Source: an uncultured Acidimicrobiia bacterium (GTDB taxonomy: Bacteria > Actinomycetota > Acidimicrobiia > Acidimicrobiales > SZUA-35). Taken from it: 64,000 bases of DNA. The notes below the pieces were generated by a model that worked only from the letters and a program-made list of their open reading frames with translations, was not told where the DNA came from and ran no database searches. A program made the position numbers and the translations under genes. Shown here one piece after another: positions 54,759-63,515 of the stretch (its first letter is position 1; each line of letters opens with the position of its first letter). The stretch lies in assembly GCA_965530755.1 (NCBI GenBank), contig CBESNA010000001.1, positions 4,739-68,738 on the forward strand. The letters are read 5' to 3'.

Positions 54759-55645
54759 GCGACCAGATCCCGTAGCTGCCGGGCTGCCGCCCGCCCGATC
54801 TCTTCGTCAGCCGCTCGGTCGGAGCCCTCGGTTCCCGACACCAGGACTCGTTCGAGCCGTTGCTCGTCGATCGATGTCAGCATCGCGATGACCGTGAGAC
54901 GTCCGTCGTCCCCGAGGACAGCGTTGGCCCCCGCGGGAAGATCGCAGTCGCCGCCGAGCTCGAGCAGAAAGCCGCGCTCGGCGTCGAGCATGCGGCGAGC
55001 GCCGGAGTCCTCGATCGCCGACAGGAGCTCGATCAGCTCCTCCCGGTCGGCACGACACTCGACCGCCAACGCGCCCTGACCCACCTGGGGGATCATCGCA
55101 TCCGGTGACAGCACGTCCACGGTGTCGAGCTGCAGGCCGAGACGCTCGATGGCCGCGTTCGCCATGACCAATGCATCGAATTCCGAGAGCTTCGACAACC
55201 GAGTTCCGATGTTGCCTCGCAGGCCAACGAACTGGAGATCGGGTCGTAGCCGGGCGAGCTGCACCCGCCGACGATTGCTGCCAGTGGCAACGATCGCTCC
55301 CGGAGCGAGATCTGCCAGCCGGCCGCCGACGAGCGCGTCCCGCGCGTCGCCTCGAGCGGGTACCGCACCGATCACGAGCTCGTCCGGCGTGCATGCTTGA
55401 AGGTCCTTCGCCGAGTGCACGGCAATGTCAGCGGCGCCGGACAGCAGGACGTTCTGGACTTCCTTGCTGAACGCACCCTTCCCGCCGAGGGCCGAGATGG
55501 GGACATCCAACCGCAGATCGGCGAACGTGTCCATCGTGACGAGTTCGGTCTCGACCGTGCGGTCCTGTCCTGTGATCAGGTCGGCAACGTGGTGGGCCTG
55601 CCACAACGCCAGCGGACTCTTGCGCGTGGCGATGCGGATCTTCAC
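54755..55645 (-). CDS. hemC: Hydroxymethylbilane synthase (porphobilinogen deaminase)
   Basis: MKIRIATRKSPLALWQA N-terminus and RGNIGTRL motif. Confidence 0.92.
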   Translation of the reverse strand: MKIRIATRKSPLALWQAHHVADLITGQDRTVETELVTMDTFADLRLDVPISALGGKGAFSKEVQNVLLSGAADIAVHSAKDLQACTPDELVIGAVPARGDARDALVGGRLADLAPGAIVATGSNRRRVQLARLRPDLQFVGLRGNIGTRLSKLSEFDALVMANAAIERLGLQLDTVDVLSPDAMIPQVGQGALAVECRADREELIELLSAIEDSGARRMLDAERGFLLELGGDCDLPAGANAVLGDDGRLTVIAMLTSIDEQRLERVLVSGTEGSDRAADEEIGRAAARQLRDLVA

Positions 55646-56901
55646 GAGAGGTCGAAGAGCTCCCGCACCGACTCGACGAGACGGTCACCTCTCCGCGACC
55701 CTCCTGCGTCCTTGAGAGTCGCTGACGGCGGGTGAAGCAACTTCTTGACCAGACCACGAGTGAGGGCATCGACCGCTGCGGCTTGCTCTCCACTGAGGCT
55801 GTCGAGACGCTTGTCGAACCGGGCAATCTCGTCTGATCGAACCGAATCGGCCCAGCGGTGGAGGCTGCCGAGGAGCGGATCGACCTCGGCCGCACCGGCC
55901 GACCGTTGGAAGAGCGCCATCTGGTCTTCCATCACCGAGCGGGCGGCGGAGACTTCCTTCTGGCGTTCCTCGAGGCCGCGGTTGGCGAAGGCCTGCAAGT
56001 CGGACAGCACCATCAGATCGACATCGTCGAAGGCCATCACGCCAGGATCGACGTCGCGAGGCACAGCGAGGTCGAGGATGAGAAGGCGACGGCCGCTGGC
56101 ATCAAGCGCGGCGCGGACCGTCGCTGCGTCGAGCACCACACCGGGAGCCCCGGTGGCGCTGACCACGACGTCGGCCGATGCGACTGCTGCTGTCAGATCA
56201 TGGAAGGGCACCACATCCGCCCCGATCGGGGCGGCGATCTCAGCGGCACGGTCAGCGGTGCGATTGGTGACCGACACCAGCGCCGAAGCTGTCTTCGCCA
56301 GCGCACCGGCGACACCAGCACCCACTTCGCCGGCGCCGATGAGCAACACACGGCGTCCGGCGAGATCACCGAGACGTTCGGTGACGAGGGAGACGGCTGC
56401 GTGGGAGATCGATGCGGTCCGTCGCCCGATGGCGGTCTCGGTCCGCACCCGCTTGCCGGCGATCACGGCGTTCTCGAACAACGGATTCAGCAGTGGCCCG
56501 GCGGTTCCCTCGATGCGGGCCCGCTCCCACGCGGTCCGGATCTGGCCGAGGATCTCGTGCTCGCCGAGGACGGCCGAGTCGAGTCCGGCAGACACCGAGA
56601 AGAGATGGTCGACCGCCTCGCCATCAAAATGCACGTAGAGATGATCGACGAACGTCGACGAGTCGACACCGACGATCAGGCTCAGGGCCTCCCTGACATC
56701 TCGGTAGGCATCGTGGAAGCGTTCGGCGTGGACATAGACCTCGGTGCGGTTGCACGTCGAGAGCAACACGACCTCGTTCACCACGGGGCTCGACGCGATC
56801 TCGCTGAGCGCCTTGGGCACCACGTCGGCGGGGAGACTCATCAGCTCGAGCACGCCGATGGGGGCAGAGCGATGGTTCAGCCCGATGGCGATGACGGTCA
56901 T
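55642..56901 (-). CDS. hemA: Glutamyl-tRNA reductase
   Basis: ATG 56901 with a GAGGAG RBS. IGLNHRSAPIGVLE and LSTCNRTEVY (catalytic Cys) motifs. The upstream 56 codons of the ORF-track entry were rejected. Confidence 0.92.
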   Translation of the reverse strand: MTVIAIGLNHRSAPIGVLELMSLPADVVPKALSEIASSPVVNEVVLLSTCNRTEVYVHAERFHDAYRDVREALSLIVGVDSSTFVDHLYVHFDGEAVDHLFSVSAGLDSAVLGEHEILGQIRTAWERARIEGTAGPLLNPLFENAVIAGKRVRTETAIGRRTASISHAAVSLVTERLGDLAGRRVLLIGAGEVGAGVAGALAKTASALVSVTNRTADRAAEIAAPIGADVVPFHDLTAAVASADVVVSATGAPGVVLDAATVRAALDASGRRLLILDLAVPRDVDPGVMAFDDVDLMVLSDLQAFANRGLEERQKEVSAARSVMEDQMALFQRSAGAAEVDPLLGSLHRWADSVRSDEIARFDKRLDSLSGEQAAAVDALTRGLVKKLLHPPSATLKDAGGSRRGDRLVESVRELFDLS

Positions 56902-57004
56902 GAGTCTCCTCGACGATGATTCGAGCGGGAACCTTTGGTCGCCGAACGCGACCATTGTCGCAGTTCTGACGGCGTCTGCACCACTCCGGCGCGGGTGGAA
57001 CCCG

Positions 57005-57715
57005 TCACGCGACGATTCCGGTCTCTTGGGCCGGCTCGGTTCGACGGCGAGCAATCGGCACGCCGACACCGTTGCGGGCGCTGTTCGCCCGTTGTTGATA
57101 GAAGCTCAGGATCTGGAGTTCGGTCGCCAGATCAACCCGCCGGACCTCGACATCCTCGGCGGTCTGAACCGACGTCGCGGTGAAGTTGAGCAGCGAGGTG
57201 ACCCCCGCCGCAGCGAGAATGTCGGCCGCCGACTGCGCTCCTTCGGGTGGGGTCGCCAGCACGGCGACGGCGAGATGCTCGCGGGCAACCACAGTCGCAG
57301 CGTCATCGATGTGCTCGACGAGAATGCCGCTGACCGAGGATCCGACGACGTCAGGATCGACGTCGAGCAAGGCTCGAACGGGGAAGCCACGATCACCCAG
57401 ACCGGAGTAGTTGGCGAGTGCTCGACCGAGGTTGCCGACGCCGACGATCACGACCGGCCAGTCCTGATTGAGCCCGAGCGAGCCGCTGATCTCGAACACG
57501 AGATACTTCGTGTCGTAACCGACGCCTCGGGTTCCCGTGATCTCGAGCGACGCGAGATCTCGGCGCAGCGTGGCCGGATTGACACCGACGAGCTGGGCCA
57601 ATCGGTCGGACGAGATCGTGGATTCGCCATCCTTCGCCGCATCGACCACGCACTGGAGGTACTGCGGGAGCCGAGCCACGGTGGCTTCGGAGACTCGTCC
57701 GCTGGGAACCATCAT
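57005..57715 (-). CDS. rex: Redox-sensing transcriptional repressor Rex
   Basis: Winged-helix N-terminus (ATVARLPQYLQCV, SSDRLAQLVGVNPATLRRDL) and NAD(H) Rossmann motif VVIVGVGNLGRALANY. Positioned upstream of hemA as in Streptomyces rex-hemACD. Confidence 0.9.
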   Translation of the reverse strand: MMVPSGRVSEATVARLPQYLQCVVDAAKDGESTISSDRLAQLVGVNPATLRRDLASLEITGTRGVGYDTKYLVFEISGSLGLNQDWPVVIVGVGNLGRALANYSGLGDRGFPVRALLDVDPDVVGSSVSGILVEHIDDAATVVAREHLAVAVLATPPEGAQSAADILAAAGVTSLLNFTATSVQTAEDVEVRRVDLATELQILSFYQQRANSARNGVGVPIARRRTEPAQETGIVA

Positions 57716-57793
57716 GCGAGGCTAGACAGCAGTTTTCACAAATGCACGAAGCAAGGTGGACGTGCTCGTGGGCGCCGCACACAAGTGGCTCGC

Positions 57794-58780
57794 TCAATTC
57801 CCGCTGGTGCCATGATCCCCGAGCCCCGCGGAGGCTGCCGAGGTGAACACGATCCGGCGGGGCACCTTGGGCGCCTCGAGCCGCTCCAAGCAGAACTCGA
57901 TCAACTCGCGCTCGAGGATCGGCCGCTCGCCGACGGTCGGCAGCTTCGTTGCGGCAACGTACGCGACCAGCCGTTCCCCCGTCGTCGCGTCCGGCTCACC
58001 GACCACCGAAACCGCTTCGACGATCGAGTGAGCCCCCAGCACGCGTTCGACCTCGGAAGCCGAGACCTCGAGCCCGGACACGACGATCACGTCGTCGGGG
58101 CCGTCGGCGGTGCGTTCCCGTGCCGGCGCGTTGTCGACGAGGATCGTGGCCCCGATTGCCAGACCTGCGTGGAGAACGTCGAGCCCGGACGAATCATGCA
58201 GCGGCCCGATGCCGAGCACGACCGGCTCGTCGCCGGCCGACTCGACCAGTCTCGAGGTCATGGCATCAATGGTTGCCGCAACCTCGCCATGGGTCCGGGC
58301 CACACGCAACGCACCGATCGACAGAACGGCAGGATGGTCATCGTCGACGTCGGTGCCGGGGACCCATCCGTGGTCGAGCAACGCCAGACGATCTGCGGCG
58401 GAGGCGAAGACGTGCTTGGTTCCAGTCAGGTCGGGTCTCGAATCGGCCCAGGCGGATGCAGCGACCGCATCAGCGATCACGGCGGCCGGGTGGTAGTCGT
58501 CGACGAGACGAGCGATCTCCTTGCGAGTGGTCTGCGGATCCAAAGGCATCGAGACCAAGCCGGCAGTGACGCAGGCCAGATGGAAGACCACACTGAGGTC
58601 GGTGTTGTCGCCGATGAGCAGCACGTGATCGCCCACCTCGAGACCGGCGGCGACCAGGCCACCGCGCACGGCGCCGACCATTTCACCGAGTGCTCCGTAA
58701 GAGACCTGCCCACCACCATCGGTGATCAGTGCGACCCGCTCGTCGGCGATGACCGGAAATCGACGGGCGAGGTTGGTCAT
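57794..58780 (-). CDS. Truncated/degenerate adenylate-forming (ANL/acyl-CoA synthetase-like) family protein
   Basis: 328 aa. The N-terminal region resembles AMP-binding enzymes (VSYGALGEMV...GDHVLLIGDNTDLSVVFHLAC) and the C-terminal lid region is present (VSGLEVSASEVERVL...VVGEPDATTGERLVAYV). The T[SG]GTTG P-loop is replaced by LSIGALRVARTHG and most of the core is missing. Confidence 0.55.
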   Translation of the reverse strand: MTNLARRFPVIADERVALITDGGGQVSYGALGEMVGAVRGGLVAAGLEVGDHVLLIGDNTDLSVVFHLACVTAGLVSMPLDPQTTRKEIARLVDDYHPAAVIADAVAASAWADSRPDLTGTKHVFASAADRLALLDHGWVPGTDVDDDHPAVLSIGALRVARTHGEVAATIDAMTSRLVESAGDEPVVLGIGPLHDSSGLDVLHAGLAIGATILVDNAPARERTADGPDDVIVVSGLEVSASEVERVLGAHSIVEAVSVVGEPDATTGERLVAYVAATKLPTVGERPILERELIEFCLERLEAPKVPRRIVFTSAASAGLGDHGTSGN

Positions 58781-58935
58781 GTGAGATCGGGAGCGTCGAG
58801 TTCGATCACGATCAGTCCGGATTCGGTATCCGGATCGCCGTCGCCGCTTGGGGCCAGCACCACGAACTGGAGCGCAGCGGCGCCGAGGATCGCGAGGAGT
58901 AGTACGGCGATGGCGAGCACGACGCCGGGTCTCAT
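58777..58935 (-). CDS. 52-aa single-pass membrane peptide (below the ORF-track size cutoff)
   Basis: My translation: MRPGVVLAIAVLLLAILGAAALQFVVLAPSGDGDPDTESGLIVIELDAPDLT*. ATGA overlaps both the upstream stop (58932-58935) and the downstream start (58777-58780). Confidence 0.55.
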   Translation of the reverse strand: MRPGVVLAIAVLLLAILGAAALQFVVLAPSGDGDPDTESGLIVIELDAPDLT

Positions 58936-59834
58936 GAGATCTCCAAAGGATCGATGACCGGGGGAACCGTGGTCGGTTTCTGCCCGAGCGTGACCGCTGT
59001 CGAGCCCACGGCGGTTCTGCCGGTGGCGGGCCGGAGCGTGAGCGCATCTCCTTCGTTGATCTCGAGTTCGAACGCAGCCGATCCCCGGTCGACCGCGATC
59101 GACAGGAGACCGTAGGAATCCACGAGCAGCCCGACACTGCCCGTCGAGATCTCGGCAAAGGCCTGCACTCTCTGCGCCGTTCGGGTGGTTCGGCCACCCT
59201 CGATGGAGACGTGTTCCGGCCAGGACGCCAGGTCGGCGGGATCGACGTTGAGCTGGGCGTTTCCGAACCGGTCGACCCAGAGCACCTCGGCCTTGATCGA
59301 GCCGTCTTCTGACTGTTCGCTGACGGCCAGCACGCCGGGAAGCAGGCGCATCGGATCGATCGGGGTGCCCAGATCGCGCATCGGCACACCACGACAGAGA
59401 TGGGCGGCGGCCGGAGCGAAGACATCTCGACCGTCGAAGGTGGGGCCGGGCGCGGGAAGGTGGAATTCCGGATTGTCGAGAACGACGGCGTCGGTTGCTC
59501 CGCCGACGAGCGACACGGCCGGAGCGAAGAGGCCGTTGTCCGGACCGACGAGGTAGCTCTGGCCGTCACCGACCTCGATCACGATCGCCTTTCTGGCCGT
59601 GGCGACTCCGGGATCCACGACGCCAAGGACCACCCCGGGGGCGAGGTACTGCGCAGCCCGCGCCAGAGCGAGGCCGCCGGCGCGAACGTCGTGCGGCTCG
59701 ATGTCGTGCGTGATGTCGATGACGGTGACACCCGGGGTCATCGTGCGAATCACTGACTTGACGACGCCGACGAACTCATCGCTCAAGCCGTAGTCGGTGA
59801 GAAACGAGATCGTGTCGAATCGGAGGGACGTCAT
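58932..59834 (-). CDS. SAM hydroxide adenosyltransferase / SAM-dependent halogenase family (DUF62) protein
   Basis: N-terminal family signature ISFLTDYGLSDEFVGVVKSVI...IDITHDI and VVDPGVAT. ATGA overlap with proC. Confidence 0.75.
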   Translation of the reverse strand: MTSLRFDTISFLTDYGLSDEFVGVVKSVIRTMTPGVTVIDITHDIEPHDVRAGGLALARAAQYLAPGVVLGVVDPGVATARKAIVIEVGDGQSYLVGPDNGLFAPAVSLVGGATDAVVLDNPEFHLPAPGPTFDGRDVFAPAAAHLCRGVPMRDLGTPIDPMRLLPGVLAVSEQSEDGSIKAEVLWVDRFGNAQLNVDPADLASWPEHVSIEGGRTTRTAQRVQAFAEISTGSVGLLVDSYGLLSIAVDRGSAAFELEINEGDALTLRPATGRTAVGSTAVTLGQKPTTVPPVIDPLEIS

Positions 59835-60616
59835 GAGGAGCCGAGCTCCCGCGATCGCTCGGCGGCCGCCGCAACAGCATCGATGAAGGCCGAGCGGATG
59901 GCGCGCTCCTCGAGCACGCCGAGGCCGGCAGCGGTGGTGCCGGCCGGCGTGGTGACCCCGATCCTCAGGTCGGTCGCGGTGGCATCACCCGAGGTGAGCA
60001 TCGTGCCCGCGCCGCGGATCGTCTGGTGGGCCAAGAGCTCTGCCACCGGCCTTGGGAGGCCCGCAGCCACTCCGGCGTCGGCCATCGCCTCGGCCACCAT
60101 AAACACGTAGGCCGGCCCCGATCCGCTGAGACCGGTGACAGCGTCGAGTTGTGCTTCTGTCACGGTGACGGCGACACCAACGGCCTCGAACAACGACATG
60201 GCCCAGGACAGGTCGGCATCGGTGGCGGCCGTTCCCGGTGCGATGGCTGACGCACCCACGCCGACGAGGGCAGGCGTGTTCGGCATGACCCGCAGGACGC
60301 GCGTGCCGGGCGGAAGCACCGACTCCATGGCGGCGATGGTGATGCCGGCCGCAATGGAGACGACCAGACCGGGATCCACCAGCGACGACGCCACGTCGAT
60401 CACATAGTGCGGCTTCACGGCGAGGACGGACGGGACTCCGGCGAGCGGTGCATCGAGGATCGTCACACCAGGGAGGAGATCGGCGAGCCTGGCCCGTTGC
60501 TCAGCCGACACCTCGACGACCGCAGCCTTCGATGGCTCGATCCAGGAGGCGTCGATCATCCCTCCGAGGAGAGCCTGGCCCATCTTTCCTCCGCCGATCA
60601 TCTGCAATTCGGTCAC
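59831..60616 (-). CDS. proC: Pyrroline-5-carboxylate reductase
   Basis: Rossmann N-terminus MIGGGKMGQALLGG and a ProC C-terminal domain (TTPAGTTAAGLGVLE). The start is uncertain (GTG 60616 or ATG 60601). The ORF-track start at 60718 was rejected. Confidence 0.85.
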   Translation of the reverse strand: MTELQMIGGGKMGQALLGGMIDASWIEPSKAAVVEVSAEQRARLADLLPGVTILDAPLAGVPSVLAVKPHYVIDVASSLVDPGLVVSIAAGITIAAMESVLPPGTRVLRVMPNTPALVGVGASAIAPGTAATDADLSWAMSLFEAVGVAVTVTEAQLDAVTGLSGSGPAYVFMVAEAMADAGVAAGLPRPVAELLAHQTIRGAGTMLTSGDATATDLRIGVTTPAGTTAAGLGVLEERAIRSAFIDAVAAAAERSRELGSS

Positions 60617-60755
60617 GGCGGTCAACCTACCCGCTCGTCCAGATGCAGTGCCGGTGGGAGGACCGAACCCCTGTGGACTTCCCCGACCCCACGAGCGCAG
60701 CCACCCCCACCGACACAAGGAATGTTAGAAGTAAACAAACGTAGTTACAACCTGT

Positions 60756-61220
60756 TCAAGGGAACTTGGATGCATACCCGATACGCAGAGCCGGCCGGAA
60801 GTACTGCTCGACCCAGGCGTACAGAGATCCGAGGACTCGGTCCAACTCGTCCTCGCGCATGACCAGTTCGTTGTCGAGCGCACCTCGAAGGAAGATGGCG
60901 TTCTCTTCACCGACGGCGAACGCGGCGCCGAACAGTTGGAGGTTTCGCTTGAGGAGATGGGCGTAGAACTCCGTGTGGTTTTCCTCCGGCGCCGGCATCA
61001 CGTACGTCTCGTATTGGAGCGTTCGCTGCTGGAGATGGAATCGGATCGTGAAGACGTCCTTCTCTTCACCTCGCACGCGGATGAACCAGCGCCGGGACCC
61101 CGGCTGGTCGCGATCCACGGCTGCGAGCACCGGGTTCTCGGCCAGTTGCCTGGCCAGCCAGTCATCGATGAATGCCTCGAGCTCGTCGAGGTCTGCGTTC
61201 GATCGAGGTCGGGGCATCAC
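60756..61220 (-). CDS. Conserved actinobacterial protein adjacent to mshA (YbjN-like, tentative)
   Basis: 154-aa soluble protein. Its position downstream of mshA mirrors the mycobacterial mshA neighbour. Family assignment is from memory only. Confidence 0.5.
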   Translation of the reverse strand: MMPRPRSNADLDELEAFIDDWLARQLAENPVLAAVDRDQPGSRRWFIRVRGEEKDVFTIRFHLQQRTLQYETYVMPAPEENHTEFYAHLLKRNLQLFGAAFAVGEENAIFLRGALDNELVMREDELDRVLGSLYAWVEQYFRPALRIGYASKFP

Positions 61221-61238
61221 GCGTGCTCGCTCATCAGG

Positions 61239-62507
61239 TCAGCGAGTGCTGAGGTCGGAACCGAGCGTGTCGATCTCGATCGTGGGTTCCGCACACGGAG
61301 AGAGCGGTCCTCGCGTCAGATCTTCGTAGAGACGGCGAAGGCGTGCCGCCGATGTCGACCACGTGTAGTTGCGGGCCATCGCCGCAGCCGACACGGACAA
61401 CCTCCGGGCGAGCACCGGATCGGCGAGGATCGCATCGACCCACGCCGCATAGTCCCGAGCGTTCCTGGACTCGACCAGATAGCCGGTGTGACCGTGTTCG
61501 ACCAGCGTCAGAAGTCCGCCGACAGCCGAGGCAACCACGGGGACACCACATGCGGCCGACTCGAGGGCAACGAGCCCAAATGACTCCGATCGGCTCGGAA
61601 TGAGCACGACATCGGCGGCGCGGTAGTAGGTGGACAGGAGGTGGTGAGGGATCGGCGGCTTGAACTCGACTCGATCCCGGACCCCGAGCTCGTCGATCAG
61701 CGCGTGAATGCGATCAACCTCCTCGTCGCCTTGGCTTCCGGACGCTCCCCCGACGATCCAGAGCCTGGCGTCCTTGCGTTCGATGGCGGCGAGGGTCTCG
61801 ACCGCGACGTCGACGCCTTTGAGAGGTTGGATCCGGCCTACGAACAACAGCAGGGGGCGATCGTCTGTGTTGACAGCCCATCGGGCGCCGCCCTGATGTC
61901 CGGGAGAGAAGAACGCGTGGTCGACTCCCGGCGGAACGACCTCGATCCGCTCAGCGTCGGCATTGTAGAACTGCACGAGCTGCTCGGCCTCGGGGATGCA
62001 GTTTGCCAAGACGGCATCTGCGCACGCCATGACGCCGGCCTCGGCCTCGGCCCGCCGCTCTGGCTCGGGGTCGCCGCTCTCCGCCTTGACCCGGGCCAAC
62101 GTGTGGAACGTCGTGACGAGCGGCAGGTCGACCATGCGCTTGAGGGCCTGGCCGGCGACACCGGACAGCCAGTAGTTGGCGTGGATGATGTCTGGACGGA
62201 ACGACGTGAAGTCCTCCGCCACCCAGGAAGCGAACGGGCCGACGAGCTCCTCGAGCTGCTCCTTCGAGGCGTCGACTGGTCCGACCGGCACGTGAACAAC
62301 CTCGAACCCGGGCTCGACCTCGACGACTTCGTCGAGATCGTCGGCCCATCGCCGGACGTACACACGGCACTGCAGGCCGGCCTGCGCCATGGCCGACACG
62401 AACTCACGCACGTAGACGTTCATCCCCCCACCGTCGCCGGTGCCGGGCTGCACCAAGGGAGAGGTGTGCAGCGAAAGGACGGCGACTCGACGCACAAAGC
62501 GGCTCAC
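61239..62507 (-). CDS. mshA: D-inositol-3-phosphate glycosyltransferase (mycothiol biosynthesis)
   Basis: GT4 enzyme with the MshA N-terminus (VAVLSLHTSPLVQPGTGDGGGMNVYV) and a C-terminal E-x7-E region (SESFGLVALESAACG). Confidence 0.9.
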   Translation of the reverse strand: MSRFVRRVAVLSLHTSPLVQPGTGDGGGMNVYVREFVSAMAQAGLQCRVYVRRWADDLDEVVEVEPGFEVVHVPVGPVDASKEQLEELVGPFASWVAEDFTSFRPDIIHANYWLSGVAGQALKRMVDLPLVTTFHTLARVKAESGDPEPERRAEAEAGVMACADAVLANCIPEAEQLVQFYNADAERIEVVPPGVDHAFFSPGHQGGARWAVNTDDRPLLLFVGRIQPLKGVDVAVETLAAIERKDARLWIVGGASGSQGDEEVDRIHALIDELGVRDRVEFKPPIPHHLLSTYYRAADVVLIPSRSESFGLVALESAACGVPVVASAVGGLLTLVEHGHTGYLVESRNARDYAAWVDAILADPVLARRLSVSAAAMARNYTWSTSAARLRRLYEDLTRGPLSPCAEPTIEIDTLGSDLSTR

Positions 62508-62537
62508 CGCTGCCTTCCCGAGAACCGCTCGATCATT

Positions 62538-62918
62538 TCAATCGTCCTTGCCGGCATCGGGCTCGGTACTGGCCGTGATGAAGCTTCGGTAGACCCCGAT
62601 CAACGCCTTCTTCTGGTCGGCGTTGAGCTCGGGAGCACGCCGGATCGTCTCCTCGACGTCGCTCGAATGGGTCACTGCGCTCTCGTCGAGGATGCCCGCT
62701 CGGATGTACAACGTCTCGGACGAGATCTCGAGCGCCTTTGCGATCTGTTGAAGAATCTCGGCCGACGGCTTCCTCAAGCCCCGTTCGATCTGGCTCAGGT
62801 ACGGGTTGGAGACTCCGGCGAGTTCCGCGAGGCGACGCACGGACAGTTCGGCGATGCGGCGCTGCTCACGGATGAAGACTCCGAGATCCAACGGATTGCT
62901 GTTCGCCGACTTCGCCAT
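62538..62918 (-). CDS. XRE-family helix-turn-helix transcriptional regulator
   Basis: HTH_3-type motif SVRRLAELAGVSNPYLSQIERGLRKPSAEIL. The start lies 3 nt after the upstream RsiG-like stop. Confidence 0.85.
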   Translation of the reverse strand: MAKSANSNPLDLGVFIREQRRIAELSVRRLAELAGVSNPYLSQIERGLRKPSAEILQQIAKALEISSETLYIRAGILDESAVTHSSDVEETIRRAPELNADQKKALIGVYRSFITASTEPDAGKDD

Positions 62919-62921
62919 CGC

Positions 62922-63458
62922 TCAGCTCCCAAGCCCTTCGATCGATGCCTCGCCGTCGCGATAGCGACGTCCGATCTCGTTCTGCACGGCGTCGATCCTG
63001 TCGTGGAGTTGGCGCCGGAGGTCGGACAGCTCCTGCTCCATTCCCTCGACCCGCTTGAAGACCTCGAGCAGTCGATCGTCATCGAGCTCCCCAACGCCCG
63101 AGAGTTCCCTCGGCGAGATGACCGAATCGAGTCGAGTCCCGAGCGTGGCGGCCACCGGGCCCGGCTCGTTGATCTCAACAGCGCGTCCAGACGGCGCGCC
63201 AGTTTCCGACGCATCGGCCATGATGTCAGGGAGGTCGTAGAGCAGGTTGTTGAGCTGACCCGGATCGCCGTCGCCGGCCCGGCGCTGGACCTCGTGACCG
63301 ATGATGTCAAGCCGACCCTGGGCAACGCGGCGAACCATCGACACGTCACCTTCGACCCGATTCGCGTCGTACCGGAAGCTGCGAAGCTCCGTGATGGGCC
63401 GAGTACCGATGTTGGCGAGAGCGTCGTCGGCGAGGAGGGTGGCGAGAGGGTCAGTCAC
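62922..63458 (-). CDS. RsiG-like protein with two c-di-GMP-binding-type helix motifs
   Basis: Motif 1, EGDVSMVRRVAQGRLD, fits E-x3-S-x2-R-x3-Q-x3-D exactly (residues 36-51). Motif 2, EQELSDLRRQLHDRID, fits with H in place of Q (residues 141-156). 178 aa and predicted helical. Confidence 0.65.
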   Translation of the reverse strand: MTDPLATLLADDALANIGTRPITELRSFRYDANRVEGDVSMVRRVAQGRLDIIGHEVQRRAGDGDPGQLNNLLYDLPDIMADASETGAPSGRAVEINEPGPVAATLGTRLDSVISPRELSGVGELDDDRLLEVFKRVEGMEQELSDLRRQLHDRIDAVQNEIGRRYRDGEASIEGLGS

Positions 63459-63515
63459 TGGCCAGAGGCTACCGGCACCAACAGCGCGGCAAGCCAGCCG
63501 AGTGAAAGGGAGCGG

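Noticed and set aside
57716-57793. Rex operator upstream of rex itself
   Set aside because: Only one half-site (TTGTGAA on the minus strand) is present, and the expected partner half (TTCACAA, 4 nt away) is absent. It is mentioned under the rex-hem finding but not called as a feature.
60719-60760. Locally AT-rich ~40-bp island (GTTAGAAGTAAACAAACGTAGTTACAACCTGTTCAA) between the ybjN-like gene and proC
   Set aside because: It is probably just the proC promoter, since TTGAAC and TTTACT-like hexamers can be picked out on the minus strand. It is too short and ambiguous to call, and there is no sign of an RNA gene or insertion.
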